64,000 nucleotides of DNA, taken from Magnetococcales bacterium (GTDB lineage: Bacteria; Pseudomonadota; Magnetococcia; Magnetococcales; DC0425bin3). Position numbers and translations under genes: made by a program. Where the stretch lies: the NCBI GenBank assembly GCA_015228935.1, contig JADGCO010000001.1, forward strand, positions 148,103 to 212,102, read 5' to 3'. The notes below the pieces were generated by a model that saw only the letters and a program-made list of their open reading frames with translations, was not told where the DNA came from and did not search any database. This document shows, one piece after another, positions 24,241-32,671 of the stretch. The stretch's first letter is position 1, and every line of letters starts with the position of its first letter.

Positions 24241-25079
24241 AGTGTTTTGCCCCAGGGAATATTATGAATGTCCAACTGCTCAACAACAGTAGTGAACAGT
24301 GCAACTTCCATTCTTCTGCTTTTATCACCCATCGTATTCGCGTTTATGTCATCAAACGCTGAGTTTAAAAGACTTTCAAGCAGATTTTTCTCAATGCGAA
24401 CCTCTTCAATTTGCTCAGGAGTCAGGGAACCAACAAATATCACCTCTATATATTTCGTTTCTTTACAAACCAGTTCCGGCCAATCTTTTTGATCAATTTT
24501 TGCAATTTCTTCGTGATGTTTAAGGGCAGCAAGAGTGTGTCGCTGTTCCATGCTGGCCAGTTCCTGTTTAAATTTATCAAATATCAGAGTAGACTTCGCA
24601 TCCATATACCCAACCAAACTGTCTTCGGCAAGATAGATTGACAATATTTTTTCCCAATATTTTTCCTGCACCACGACGCAGTAATCTCCGTATTTTCTGG
24701 TTCCCTCACCTCCGATATTCAATAAACCATAATAAAATTTTTCCCCATCGACAAAAATTGACTCAAAATTCTTTCTTGGAAGATACCACTCACGCAGCTT
24801 TTCCTCCATCAATCTTTCCGGAGTTCTTCTGCCACGGATTGCGATCTGGTTTGCCCAATCATGAATATTTTTATACTTCTTGCTGAACAAAAAATCATTC
24901 AGCACATAGAGATGCATATTGATGGAAACCCGGGCTGTATTCTGGACATGATTCCGGAAACGACTCAAGAGTGTCGCATCGACTCCGGGAGTGGTCAGAA
25001 GGGTCTGATAACGACTTTCCAGGTCTGGGTCATTTTGTTGCGCCAAGGCAAAAATATCGAGTTTTGAGGAGAGGGACAC
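24237..25079 (-). CDS. Hypothetical protein (280 aa), first gene of the NACHT operon
   Basis: Complete ORF with a GTG start at 25079. This is the most AT-rich part of the window, so a 280-codon open frame is unlikely to be chance. No recognisable domain. Confidence 0.6.
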   Translation of the reverse strand: MSLSSKLDIFALAQQNDPDLESRYQTLLTTPGVDATLLSRFRNHVQNTARVSINMHLYVLNDFLFSKKYKNIHDWANQIAIRGRRTPERLMEEKLREWYLPRKNFESIFVDGEKFYYGLLNIGGEGTRKYGDYCVVVQEKYWEKILSIYLAEDSLVGYMDAKSTLIFDKFKQELASMEQRHTLAALKHHEEIAKIDQKDWPELVCKETKYIEVIFVGSLTPEQIEEVRIEKNLLESLLNSAFDDINANTMGDKSRRMEVALFTTVVEQLDIHNIPWGKTL

Positions 25080-25566
25080 CTGCTTGCATCCCTGATTGGA
25101 GTCACGATTCCGAAGGGATGAAATCCATGGTCAGCCTGTCTGAAATTTTGATTTCACTCATGCGGACGGCGGTTATTTTATCATGAATTGATCGTCCGTC
25201 AAGATTTTAATTTTCGTTTGTGTCCTATTTCCAGAATCCAATCGCGACGGAAGCATATTTGAATGCCAGCCCGCTGATTAAACTTTATGCAGTGTCCTGG
25301 TGTGGGGAAGTTGGGTGGAATCTCCAAAAGGCAGACAGCACTCGCTCCAATTAAATGGCATATTACTTGCTTGAACCATGGCATCGGGTCTGATCGGGTT
25401 GAATGTTTGCTGGGTCTCATCTAAGATAGTGAAGAGAGTTCATTTTACGAACTGTGTAGCCACCAGTGTGGAGAGTGAGTGAATATTATGATCAGGGGGG
25501 AATATCCATCAGCCCTGGCTGGCTTGGTCAGGATATTTCAGATCATGAATAGACACTCAAACCTAG

Positions 25567-27228
25567 ATGAATAGATACGCAAAAATCTGGATATGGTGCG
25601 GTTTTGGTCTGCTGGCGATGGCCTTACTGGTTGCTCTGGCCATGGTCAGCAACAATTTTCCGGCGTTCTCTTATCTTCACTACCTGGACATCATCGGACT
25701 GACAGGGGGGGCCATTTTCCTTCTGATTGGCTTGTTTCTCCAGGAAAAGAACACTCTGTCCCACCAGGAAATCAACAGGTTTTGTGATGATCTGACTGCG
25801 GCCTATATGCGTCTGGAGGCGCGATTGCAGGCAACCCGGTCACTCACCCTGAGCGTTCGGGATGCCATCGTCGCCTGCGATGAGCGTGGCATGATTAATT
25901 TTTGGAATCAAGGAGCGACCGCCCTGTTTCACCACGCCGAGCCGGAGGCCATGGGACGCTCCGTGGAAATCCTGATGCCGGAACGGTCTCGGGAAACGTA
26001 CCGGCAAAAATTCAAGCAAGTCAAAACCAACCCAAATTCCATGACCGGGGGGAAGATTCTCGATCTGACGGCTTTGCGCAAAGATGGCCAGGAAATTGAC
26101 ATTGAAATGTCCCTCGCCGGCTGGCGCACCGAGGGAGAACAATTTTTTGTCGCCGTCATCCGGGATATATCCCAACGCAAACATCACGAAGCCTCTTCCG
26201 AGCGCATCCAGCAATCCCGGGTGGCCATCAGCGAACTTCTGCGCATCGCCCTCGAACCCATTACCTTGAAAGAACAACTGCAACAAGCCATGAACGTCAT
26301 TCTCTCCGTTCCATGGCTGACCATCGAGTCCAAGGGATCCATTTTTCTGTTTGATGAAGAGAGCCAGGAACTGGAGTTGATCGTCGAACACAATCTTTCA
26401 AAACCATTGCTGACCGCCTGCGCCCGTTTGCCTCTGGGATATTGTCTTTGCGGTCGGGCCGCCCAGAGCAGGGAAATCGTATACTCCAATGATCTGGACC
26501 ATCGGCACGATGTCACCTTTGACGGGATTCGACCCCATGGTCATTACTGTGTTCCAATCCTTTCCCAGAATCGTCTGTTGGGTGTGGTCAACATGTACCT
26601 GACCCATAATCACATCCAGGATCCGGAAGAGACCGACTTTCTCTGGGCCATTGCCAATACCTTGGCCGGTGTCATTGAGCGCAAGAAAGCCGAAAACCTT
26701 CTGTCACACCTGGCCCATCACGATACCTTGACCGGCCTACCAAATCGCAAGCTCTTTCTCGAACGGCTTGATCATGACATGGCCCGTGCCAAACGCATGG
26801 AATCGCTCCTGGCAGTCATGTTTCTGGATCTGGATAAGTTCAAGGAAGTGAACGACACCATGGGACACGAAGTGGGCGATCAACTTCTCATCGAAGTGGC
26901 CAGGCGTCTGAAAAGCTGCCTGCGCGAATCCGACACCATTGCCCGTCTGGGCGGCGACGAATTTACCGTCATTCTGACTGTCCTTCCCAAACCGGAGGGA
27001 GCTGTCATCGTCGCCAAAAAAATCATTGCTGCCCTTGAAAAACCTTTTTATTTTCCAGATAAAGAGTGTCATATTGGCTCCAGCATCGGCGTCAGCTACA
27101 ACGATTGGCCCGATGATACCCCGGAATCTCTGCTCCATAAGGCCGATACCGCCATGTATGCCGTCAAGCGGGAGGGAAGAAACAATTTCAAGATTTTCGA
27201 TACCAGCATGGAAATTGCGGACAGATGA
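25567..27228 (+). CDS. Membrane-anchored PAS-GAF-GGDEF diguanylate cyclase
   Basis: 553 aa with two N-terminal TM helices and a PAS-like segment (RDAIVACDERGMINFWNQGATALF). A GAF-like segment follows, then a GGDEF domain with an intact RLGGDEF and the upstream HDTLTGLPNRK. Confidence 0.88.
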   Translation: MNRYAKIWIWCGFGLLAMALLVALAMVSNNFPAFSYLHYLDIIGLTGGAIFLLIGLFLQEKNTLSHQEINRFCDDLTAAYMRLEARLQATRSLTLSVRDAIVACDERGMINFWNQGATALFHHAEPEAMGRSVEILMPERSRETYRQKFKQVKTNPNSMTGGKILDLTALRKDGQEIDIEMSLAGWRTEGEQFFVAVIRDISQRKHHEASSERIQQSRVAISELLRIALEPITLKEQLQQAMNVILSVPWLTIESKGSIFLFDEESQELELIVEHNLSKPLLTACARLPLGYCLCGRAAQSREIVYSNDLDHRHDVTFDGIRPHGHYCVPILSQNRLLGVVNMYLTHNHIQDPEETDFLWAIANTLAGVIERKKAENLLSHLAHHDTLTGLPNRKLFLERLDHDMARAKRMESLLAVMFLDLDKFKEVNDTMGHEVGDQLLIEVARRLKSCLRESDTIARLGGDEFTVILTVLPKPEGAVIVAKKIIAALEKPFYFPDKECHIGSSIGVSYNDWPDDTPESLLHKADTAMYAVKREGRNNFKIFDTSMEIADR

Positions 27229-27285
27229 GACTGTAAACACGGTAAAAGGTTCAATACGTAAAAGTCAATTTTCCGGGCATAACGC

Positions 27286-28986
27286 ATGAATCAATCCCAT
27301 ACCCCTCTTGCCATTGCCATCCAGCTTTTCGAGCATACCGTGGAAGGAATGCTGGTCATGGACGCGAGTGGCAAGGTTGTGTCCGTGAATTCCGGCTATA
27401 CAAACATTACCGGAGAGTCACGTGAGGCCTTGTTGGGCAATCCGGCCATTTTGTTTCGGGACCCGGACAAACTGGATCGTTCACCCCAATCCATCCTGGA
27501 TGAGGCCCGGGAAAGGGGACACTGGCATGGCGTCATCTGGAATCGGCGTGGCAATGGCGAGTCTTATCAGGAGTCCATGGTTGTCACGGCCATCCACGAT
27601 TCCAAAGGTGAAACAACACATTTTGTTGCCGTCTGCCTGGACATGTCCCTGACCGGACTGAACGCTGCCGAGTTGCGTCTGCGCTCCAACCATGACCATC
27701 TTACCGACCTGCCCAACAGGCTGCTCTTCACCGACCGTCTGGAACAAATCCTGGTTCATGCACAACGTTCCCGGGAAAATGTGGTTTTGTTGTTTTTTGC
27801 CCTGGACTCTTTCAAAAAAATCAATGAAAGCCTGGGGCACCAGACAGGGGATCTGGTTCTGAAACAGGTGGCGGGTCGCCTGCGCCAGATCATTCGCAGG
27901 GAAGACACCCTGGGACGTTTGAGTGGAGATGAATTTGCCATCATTTTTCGCAATGCCCGCCACACGGAGAGTGCCATCACCATTGCCCAGAAGGTGCAGG
28001 CATCGCTGGCCGAACCCCTCATGGTGTCAAACCATGAGCTTGCGGTAACCGCCAGTGTGGGATTGGCCGTTTTTCCCATGGATGGCGAAGATGCCGAGAC
28101 GTTGATTCGTCATGCCAATCTGGCGTTGGCCCGGGCCAAACAGGCTGGCAGAAATACCTTCATGTTTTTCACCTCCTCCATGGCAGCCCAGGCCACCAAG
28201 AGAATGATCCTGGAAAACAGTCTGCGCAAAGCCTTGGATAACGGTGAATTTATTGTTTATTATCAACCCAAGGTCCATGTCGCTACCGGTCTGGTGACCG
28301 GCATGGAGGCCTTGATTCGCTGGAACCAACCCGGCATGGGGATGGTGCCACCGGGGGATTTTATCGCCATAGCCGAAGAAAGTGGGCTGATCGTGCCCAT
28401 GGGACAATGGGTTCTGGAAACATCCTGCCGCCAGAGCAAATCCTGGATCGATGCCGGGTTGGGCCCGCTCCGGGTGGCAATCAACCTTTCCGCTCGTCAG
28501 TTTCAGGTTGGAAAACTGAACAATACGATCAAAAAAGTCCTGGATACGACAGGTCTTTCCCCAACTGACCTGGAACTCGAAATTACCGAAAGCCTCATGA
28601 TGGCCGACATCAAGGAATCCATCATCACCTTGCGGGAATTGAGTGACATGGGACTGAGTATTGCCGTGGACGATTTTGGTACCGGCTACTCTTCCCTTTC
28701 CTATCTGCGCCAGTTTCCGATCAACACCATCAAGATCGACCGCTCCTTCGTCTCCACCCTGACCTCGGAATCTGGCGATACACCGATTGTCCGCGCCATC
28801 CTCTCCATGGCCCAGAGCCTCAATCTGGCCAGTGTCGCCGAAGGGGTGGAAACTGTGGAACAGCTCCAGATCCTGACCGAACTGGGTTGTGATGAATACC
28901 AAGGATATTATTTCAGCCGACCATTGCCACCGGAAGAGTTCGCCGCACTGGTGACCCGCCTGCGTCAGGTTTCCGAAAAAGATTGA
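27286..28986 (+). CDS. PAS-GGDEF-EAL c-di-GMP signalling protein
   Basis: 566 aa. It has a PAS domain, a GGDEF domain with a variant SGDEF site (RLSGDEFAI), and an EAL domain (EALIRW, DDFGTGYSSLSYL, KIDRSF). Confidence 0.9.
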   Translation: MNQSHTPLAIAIQLFEHTVEGMLVMDASGKVVSVNSGYTNITGESREALLGNPAILFRDPDKLDRSPQSILDEARERGHWHGVIWNRRGNGESYQESMVVTAIHDSKGETTHFVAVCLDMSLTGLNAAELRLRSNHDHLTDLPNRLLFTDRLEQILVHAQRSRENVVLLFFALDSFKKINESLGHQTGDLVLKQVAGRLRQIIRREDTLGRLSGDEFAIIFRNARHTESAITIAQKVQASLAEPLMVSNHELAVTASVGLAVFPMDGEDAETLIRHANLALARAKQAGRNTFMFFTSSMAAQATKRMILENSLRKALDNGEFIVYYQPKVHVATGLVTGMEALIRWNQPGMGMVPPGDFIAIAEESGLIVPMGQWVLETSCRQSKSWIDAGLGPLRVAINLSARQFQVGKLNNTIKKVLDTTGLSPTDLELEITESLMMADIKESIITLRELSDMGLSIAVDDFGTGYSSLSYLRQFPINTIKIDRSFVSTLTSESGDTPIVRAILSMAQSLNLASVAEGVETVEQLQILTELGCDEYQGYYFSRPLPPEEFAALVTRLRQVSEKD

Positions 28987-29083
28987 AATTCCGATTGTCG
29001 GACCTGGCCACAACCAAGCCAACCCAAAATATCCACTCCGCGACGAAGCAATCGAGGTTATTTGTTGATTGCCCGGCAATCCA

Positions 29084-29494
29084 TCAAACAAGCTCTGTCA
29101 CCCCCTGCACGGCATAACGAAATCGTCCGGGTTTACCGGAACGAACCACGCATCGCGCCCGCTGATCCAACGCCACAAACTGCACCGGTGGTCCAAAACG
29201 AAAATGGGCTTTTGGATCCTCACTGGGCACCCGCCGCAAATCCAGGGCAGGAGCCGAGGCACCGGAAAGCACGAGATGGTCATACGCATTGAGCCATTGA
29301 CACAACTGCTCCGCATCCTGCTTGTTCCAGGCCAGGATGTCCTGCAAAATCTCTTCGGGTGAGCGTTGAGGCAAGGGTTCCGAATTTTCCCTGTGCTGGT
29401 CTCGGGGAAACAGGATCGGACGCAGTTTGGCAGGCAGCCGGGCACCGGCTGCCTGGGAGAGACGCAGGAACATGGAAAAAATCTGGTTCGACAT
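29084..29494 (-). CDS. Hypothetical protein (136 aa)
   Basis: This is the only protein-like frame in this spacer; the overlapping alternatives are Cys/Arg/Pro-rich. No family recognised. Confidence 0.35.
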   Translation of the reverse strand: MSNQIFSMFLRLSQAAGARLPAKLRPILFPRDQHRENSEPLPQRSPEEILQDILAWNKQDAEQLCQWLNAYDHLVLSGASAPALDLRRVPSEDPKAHFRFGPPVQFVALDQRARCVVRSGKPGRFRYAVQGVTELV

Positions 29495-29606
29495 GTCATC
29501 GCCTTTCGTGAGCGTGGCGGAAAGAGTCTGCCTGGGTGATTACACCCTGTCCCGGGGGGTGGCGTCAATCGTTGCCAGGTGGCCTGAAAAAATTTCTGGT
29601 CGGTGG

Positions 29607-30698
29607 GTGATTTTCCAGTCTGGTTGCCGAACCGCCCGGCGCATTGTGCTGATGGCTGTGGTGGGTCTGCTGATGTCCGGTTGCAGCACGGTGCATTATT
29701 ATCTACAGGCGATAGGCGGCGAAATCGATCTTCTGGCCCGCCGCCAATCCGTGGCGGAATTGCTGGAAGATCCGAACACGCCTGCCCATCTGCGAGAACG
29801 GTTGCTTCTGGCCAAAAAGGCCACCGATTTTGCGGTCAACGACCTTGCCCTGCAACCGACCGGATCTTTTCGATCCTATGCGGATTTGGGCCGACCCTAT
29901 GTGGTCTGGGGCGTTTATGCCACGCCGGTTTTTTCCCTGCAACCGGTCACCTGGTGCTTTCCCATCGTAGGATGCATGACCTACCGGGGATTTTTTTCCG
30001 AAACCGATGCCCGGCGTTCCGGCCAGGAGTTGGCCGAACAGGAAAAAGACGTGTATATCACCGGTGCCCCGGCCTACTCCACGCTGGGATGGTTTGATGA
30101 CCCCCTGCTCAACACCTTTCTCGATTGGCCGGAACCTTGGCTGGTCGGGCTGATTTTTCACGAAATGGCCCATGCCACCCTGTACATTTCCGACGATACC
30201 ACCTTTAATGAGTCCTATGCCGAGGCTGTCGGTCAGATTGGAATCGAGCGTTGGTTGCAGCAGGCCGGAAAACATTCCGTTTTGGAAAAATATCACCGCC
30301 ATTTGCAACGCCGGTCCCAGTGTCTGCATTTGATTCAAAAAACCCGCACCTTGCTGGGGGTGGTCTATGCTTCGCAACGCACCCCATCCGAGATGCAGGC
30401 TGTCAAATCCCGGATTTTGGCTGCATCCCGGGCATCCTGGCAGCGTCTCGCTGCTGCATGGGGTGGTTCCGGGGAGTGTGCGGCATGGTTCACGCCAGAG
30501 TTGAACAATGCCCAATTGGTTGCCCTGACCACCTACAATCGCTGGGTTCCTGCCTTCCTCTCCCTCTTGGCCCGGGAAGGTGGGTCCATGCCGCAATTTC
30601 ACCAGGCTGCCCGCAAGCTGGGCAACCTGCCACCGAACGAACGCCTTGACCAGTTACAGCAACTTGCCGGGAAATCTCCCCCCCAACCAACGCCATGA
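29607..30698 (+). CDS. Predicted zinc aminopeptidase lipoprotein (COG4324-like)
   Basis: Contains HEMAH (LIFHEMAHATLYISDDTTFNESYAEAVG). Start is uncertain: GTG 29607 gives the lipoprotein signal VIFQSGCRTARRIVLMAVVGLLMSGC. The track ORF extends to 29427, and ATG 29652 is also possible. Confidence 0.65.
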   Translation: MIFQSGCRTARRIVLMAVVGLLMSGCSTVHYYLQAIGGEIDLLARRQSVAELLEDPNTPAHLRERLLLAKKATDFAVNDLALQPTGSFRSYADLGRPYVVWGVYATPVFSLQPVTWCFPIVGCMTYRGFFSETDARRSGQELAEQEKDVYITGAPAYSTLGWFDDPLLNTFLDWPEPWLVGLIFHEMAHATLYISDDTTFNESYAEAVGQIGIERWLQQAGKHSVLEKYHRHLQRRSQCLHLIQKTRTLLGVVYASQRTPSEMQAVKSRILAASRASWQRLAAAWGGSGECAAWFTPELNNAQLVALTTYNRWVPAFLSLLAREGGSMPQFHQAARKLGNLPPNERLDQLQQLAGKSPPQPTP

Positions 30699-31387
30699 AC
30701 AGCGACGACAGCCTGCCTCACGCATTGCCCAACTCCACCCATGAACCGAACCCCAATCCCCGGCAGCGACCGTGGGTGATCCTGGTGCATGGATTGTGGA
30801 TGAACGGATGGGAAATGGGGGTATTACGTTTTCGATTGCACGAGGCCGGTTTTCGAACCTTGCGCTTCAGTTACCCGTCCCGGCGGGCCACGGTGGCCGA
30901 AAATGCTTCAAGATTGAAAGAGTTTCTGTTGCATCATGTGGCCGATGGTCGCGTCCATCTGGTGGGGCACAGTCTGGGTGGCCTGGTCATTCTGCGTTTT
31001 CTGCACGATTATCCAGAGTGGCCCGTGCAACGATGTCTGGCATTGGGGTCACCCTTCCGGGGCAGTCAGGCCGCCCGGCAATTATACCGGTTCGCCCCAA
31101 CCCGATGGCTCCTCGGTCGCAGCATGTTCGAAGGCCTGGATGGACAGGGTGTCCATGATGTCCCACCACAAAAAATATTTGCCAGCGTGGTGGGGGATCG
31201 TGCCGCCGGCTTGGCCATGCGGATCGTGCTACTGCACCTCCCTCATGATGGGGTGGTGGAAGTGGCGGAAACCCGTTTGGATGGAGTTCATGCCCGGATC
31301 CAACGGTACTGCAATCATCTGGGATTGGTATTTTCCCGGACGGTGGCCGATGATGTGATCCGCTTTTTGAAAACCGGAAAGTTTTAA
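30695..31387 (+). CDS. Alpha/beta-fold hydrolase
   Basis: 230 aa with the nucleophile elbow VGHSLGG. It overlaps the upstream gene by 4 nt. Confidence 0.75.
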   Translation: MNSDDSLPHALPNSTHEPNPNPRQRPWVILVHGLWMNGWEMGVLRFRLHEAGFRTLRFSYPSRRATVAENASRLKEFLLHHVADGRVHLVGHSLGGLVILRFLHDYPEWPVQRCLALGSPFRGSQAARQLYRFAPTRWLLGRSMFEGLDGQGVHDVPPQKIFASVVGDRAAGLAMRIVLLHLPHDGVVEVAETRLDGVHARIQRYCNHLGLVFSRTVADDVIRFLKTGKF

Positions 31388-31426
31388 ACAACAAAAGCAG
31401 AAAAACAACCACTGGAGAACGCGAAC

Positions 31427-31966
31427 ATGACGACATCCGCAGCGGAAAAACGGGGATTGGTGGTGGTATTGACCGGTGATGGCAAGGGAAAATCTTCCAG
31501 TGCCTTTGGCATGGTGTTGCGGGCTGCGGGTTGGGGCATGCGGGTGTGCGTCATCCAATTCGTCAAAGGAAAGTGGAAAACCGGCGAGGAACGCGCAGCC
31601 TCCACCCTCAAGGATATTACCTGGCATGCCATGGGGGATGGTTTTACCTGGAACACCAATGACCCATCTCAGGACCGTGCCACCACGCGCCATATCTGGA
31701 ATTTTTGTCAGGAGCAGGTTCGTTCCAATGCGTTTGACATGGTGGTGTGGGATGAAATCAACTTTGCCGTGGGCATGGGTTGGCTGACCGGCACGGAGGT
31801 GGCTGATTTCATCCGTGCCGAAAAACCTCCCCATCTGCATCTGATCCTGACCGGACGCAATGCGGCTCCGGAACTCATCGAGGTTGCCGATACGGTGACT
31901 GAAATGCGCGAAATCAAACACGCCTTCAAGGCCGGTATCAAAGCCACTCGCGGCATCGAGTTTTGA
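31427..31966 (+). CDS. cobO: Cob(I)yrinic acid a,c-diamide adenosyltransferase
   Basis: 179 aa. GLVVVLTGDGKGKSSSAFGMVLRAAGWGMRVCVIQFVKG...VVWDEINFA...LILTGRNAAPELIEVADTVTEMREIKH is the CobO/BtuR pattern. Confidence 0.88.
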   Translation: MTTSAAEKRGLVVVLTGDGKGKSSSAFGMVLRAAGWGMRVCVIQFVKGKWKTGEERAASTLKDITWHAMGDGFTWNTNDPSQDRATTRHIWNFCQEQVRSNAFDMVVWDEINFAVGMGWLTGTEVADFIRAEKPPHLHLILTGRNAAPELIEVADTVTEMREIKHAFKAGIKATRGIEF

Positions 31967-31982
31967 TGCAGGTCAATGAAAA

Positions 31983-32501
31983 ATGAAGAAAAACAGCATT
32001 CGTATCTTGCCAGGACAAAAAAGCTGGCAAGAATACGGCAGGCCAAACCTTGCGGAAGTTCCCGATCATTTTCGGATTCGACAACCTGCAATACTTATTG
32101 CCGGTAGATCATTGGACGAGGCTTTGCAAATTTTGACAAACGCAGTCGGAATTTCCCCGACAAATTTGATGCGCATCGTGGAAACTCCGGTCGAGAAAGT
32201 AATCCTGCAACGAAAACTATTGGAACATGTGGCAGTAAAAAGAACAGATGCCCGGGAGCAATTTGGTAATTTTTTGCTTCCGACGTTGACCGATCCCTAT
32301 GAGGTATGGCTGACACGGTATCAAGATGGATACCGCACTCAGTATATTGGTCTGTTCCAAGGACACCGCGACATGCTGGCTATCGTCCAGGTGACCCAGG
32401 AAAAGAACTTGTTTTGGAACTTGATCCGTGCAAGATCCAGATACATGGACAGCCGGCGTGTTGGAACATTGATTTACACAAAAGAAAAGGTGGGAGGTTA
32501 G
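31983..32501 (+). CDS. Hypothetical protein, possibly a phage/plasmid-type BECR-fold (PBECR-like) nuclease domain
   Basis: 172 aa. The segment LLEHVAVKRTDAREQFGNFLLPTLTDPYEVWL...YIGLF resembles the H..K/R...lp.l..Pdev... pattern I associate with PBECR domains. This is weak, by-eye evidence only. Confidence 0.45.
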   Translation: MKKNSIRILPGQKSWQEYGRPNLAEVPDHFRIRQPAILIAGRSLDEALQILTNAVGISPTNLMRIVETPVEKVILQRKLLEHVAVKRTDAREQFGNFLLPTLTDPYEVWLTRYQDGYRTQYIGLFQGHRDMLAIVQVTQEKNLFWNLIRARSRYMDSRRVGTLIYTKEKVGG

Positions 32502-32671
32502 GCCAGTCAACAGCATCTGGATACTGTCCCGGCGTCCCCCACCGGCTATCGGGTCCAGACCCAGCCGGCTTCGCGCTCCCACCTTCTGTTGACGAAGCTA
32601 CCCAATTTCCGGATGGATGGCAATAAAAATCGACGACCCACGGATGCAGGGATGCCCGACCTTTGGCTGGA

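Noticed and set aside
25199-25420. 73-aa minus-strand ORF in the AT-rich spacer upstream of the island operon
   Set aside because: It has no RBS, an odd composition, no motif and no coupling to neighbouring genes. It is treated as non-coding promoter region.
28027-29091. 354-aa minus-strand ORF
   Set aside because: It is antisense to the EAL domain, which has clear EAL and DDFGTGYSS motifs on the plus strand.
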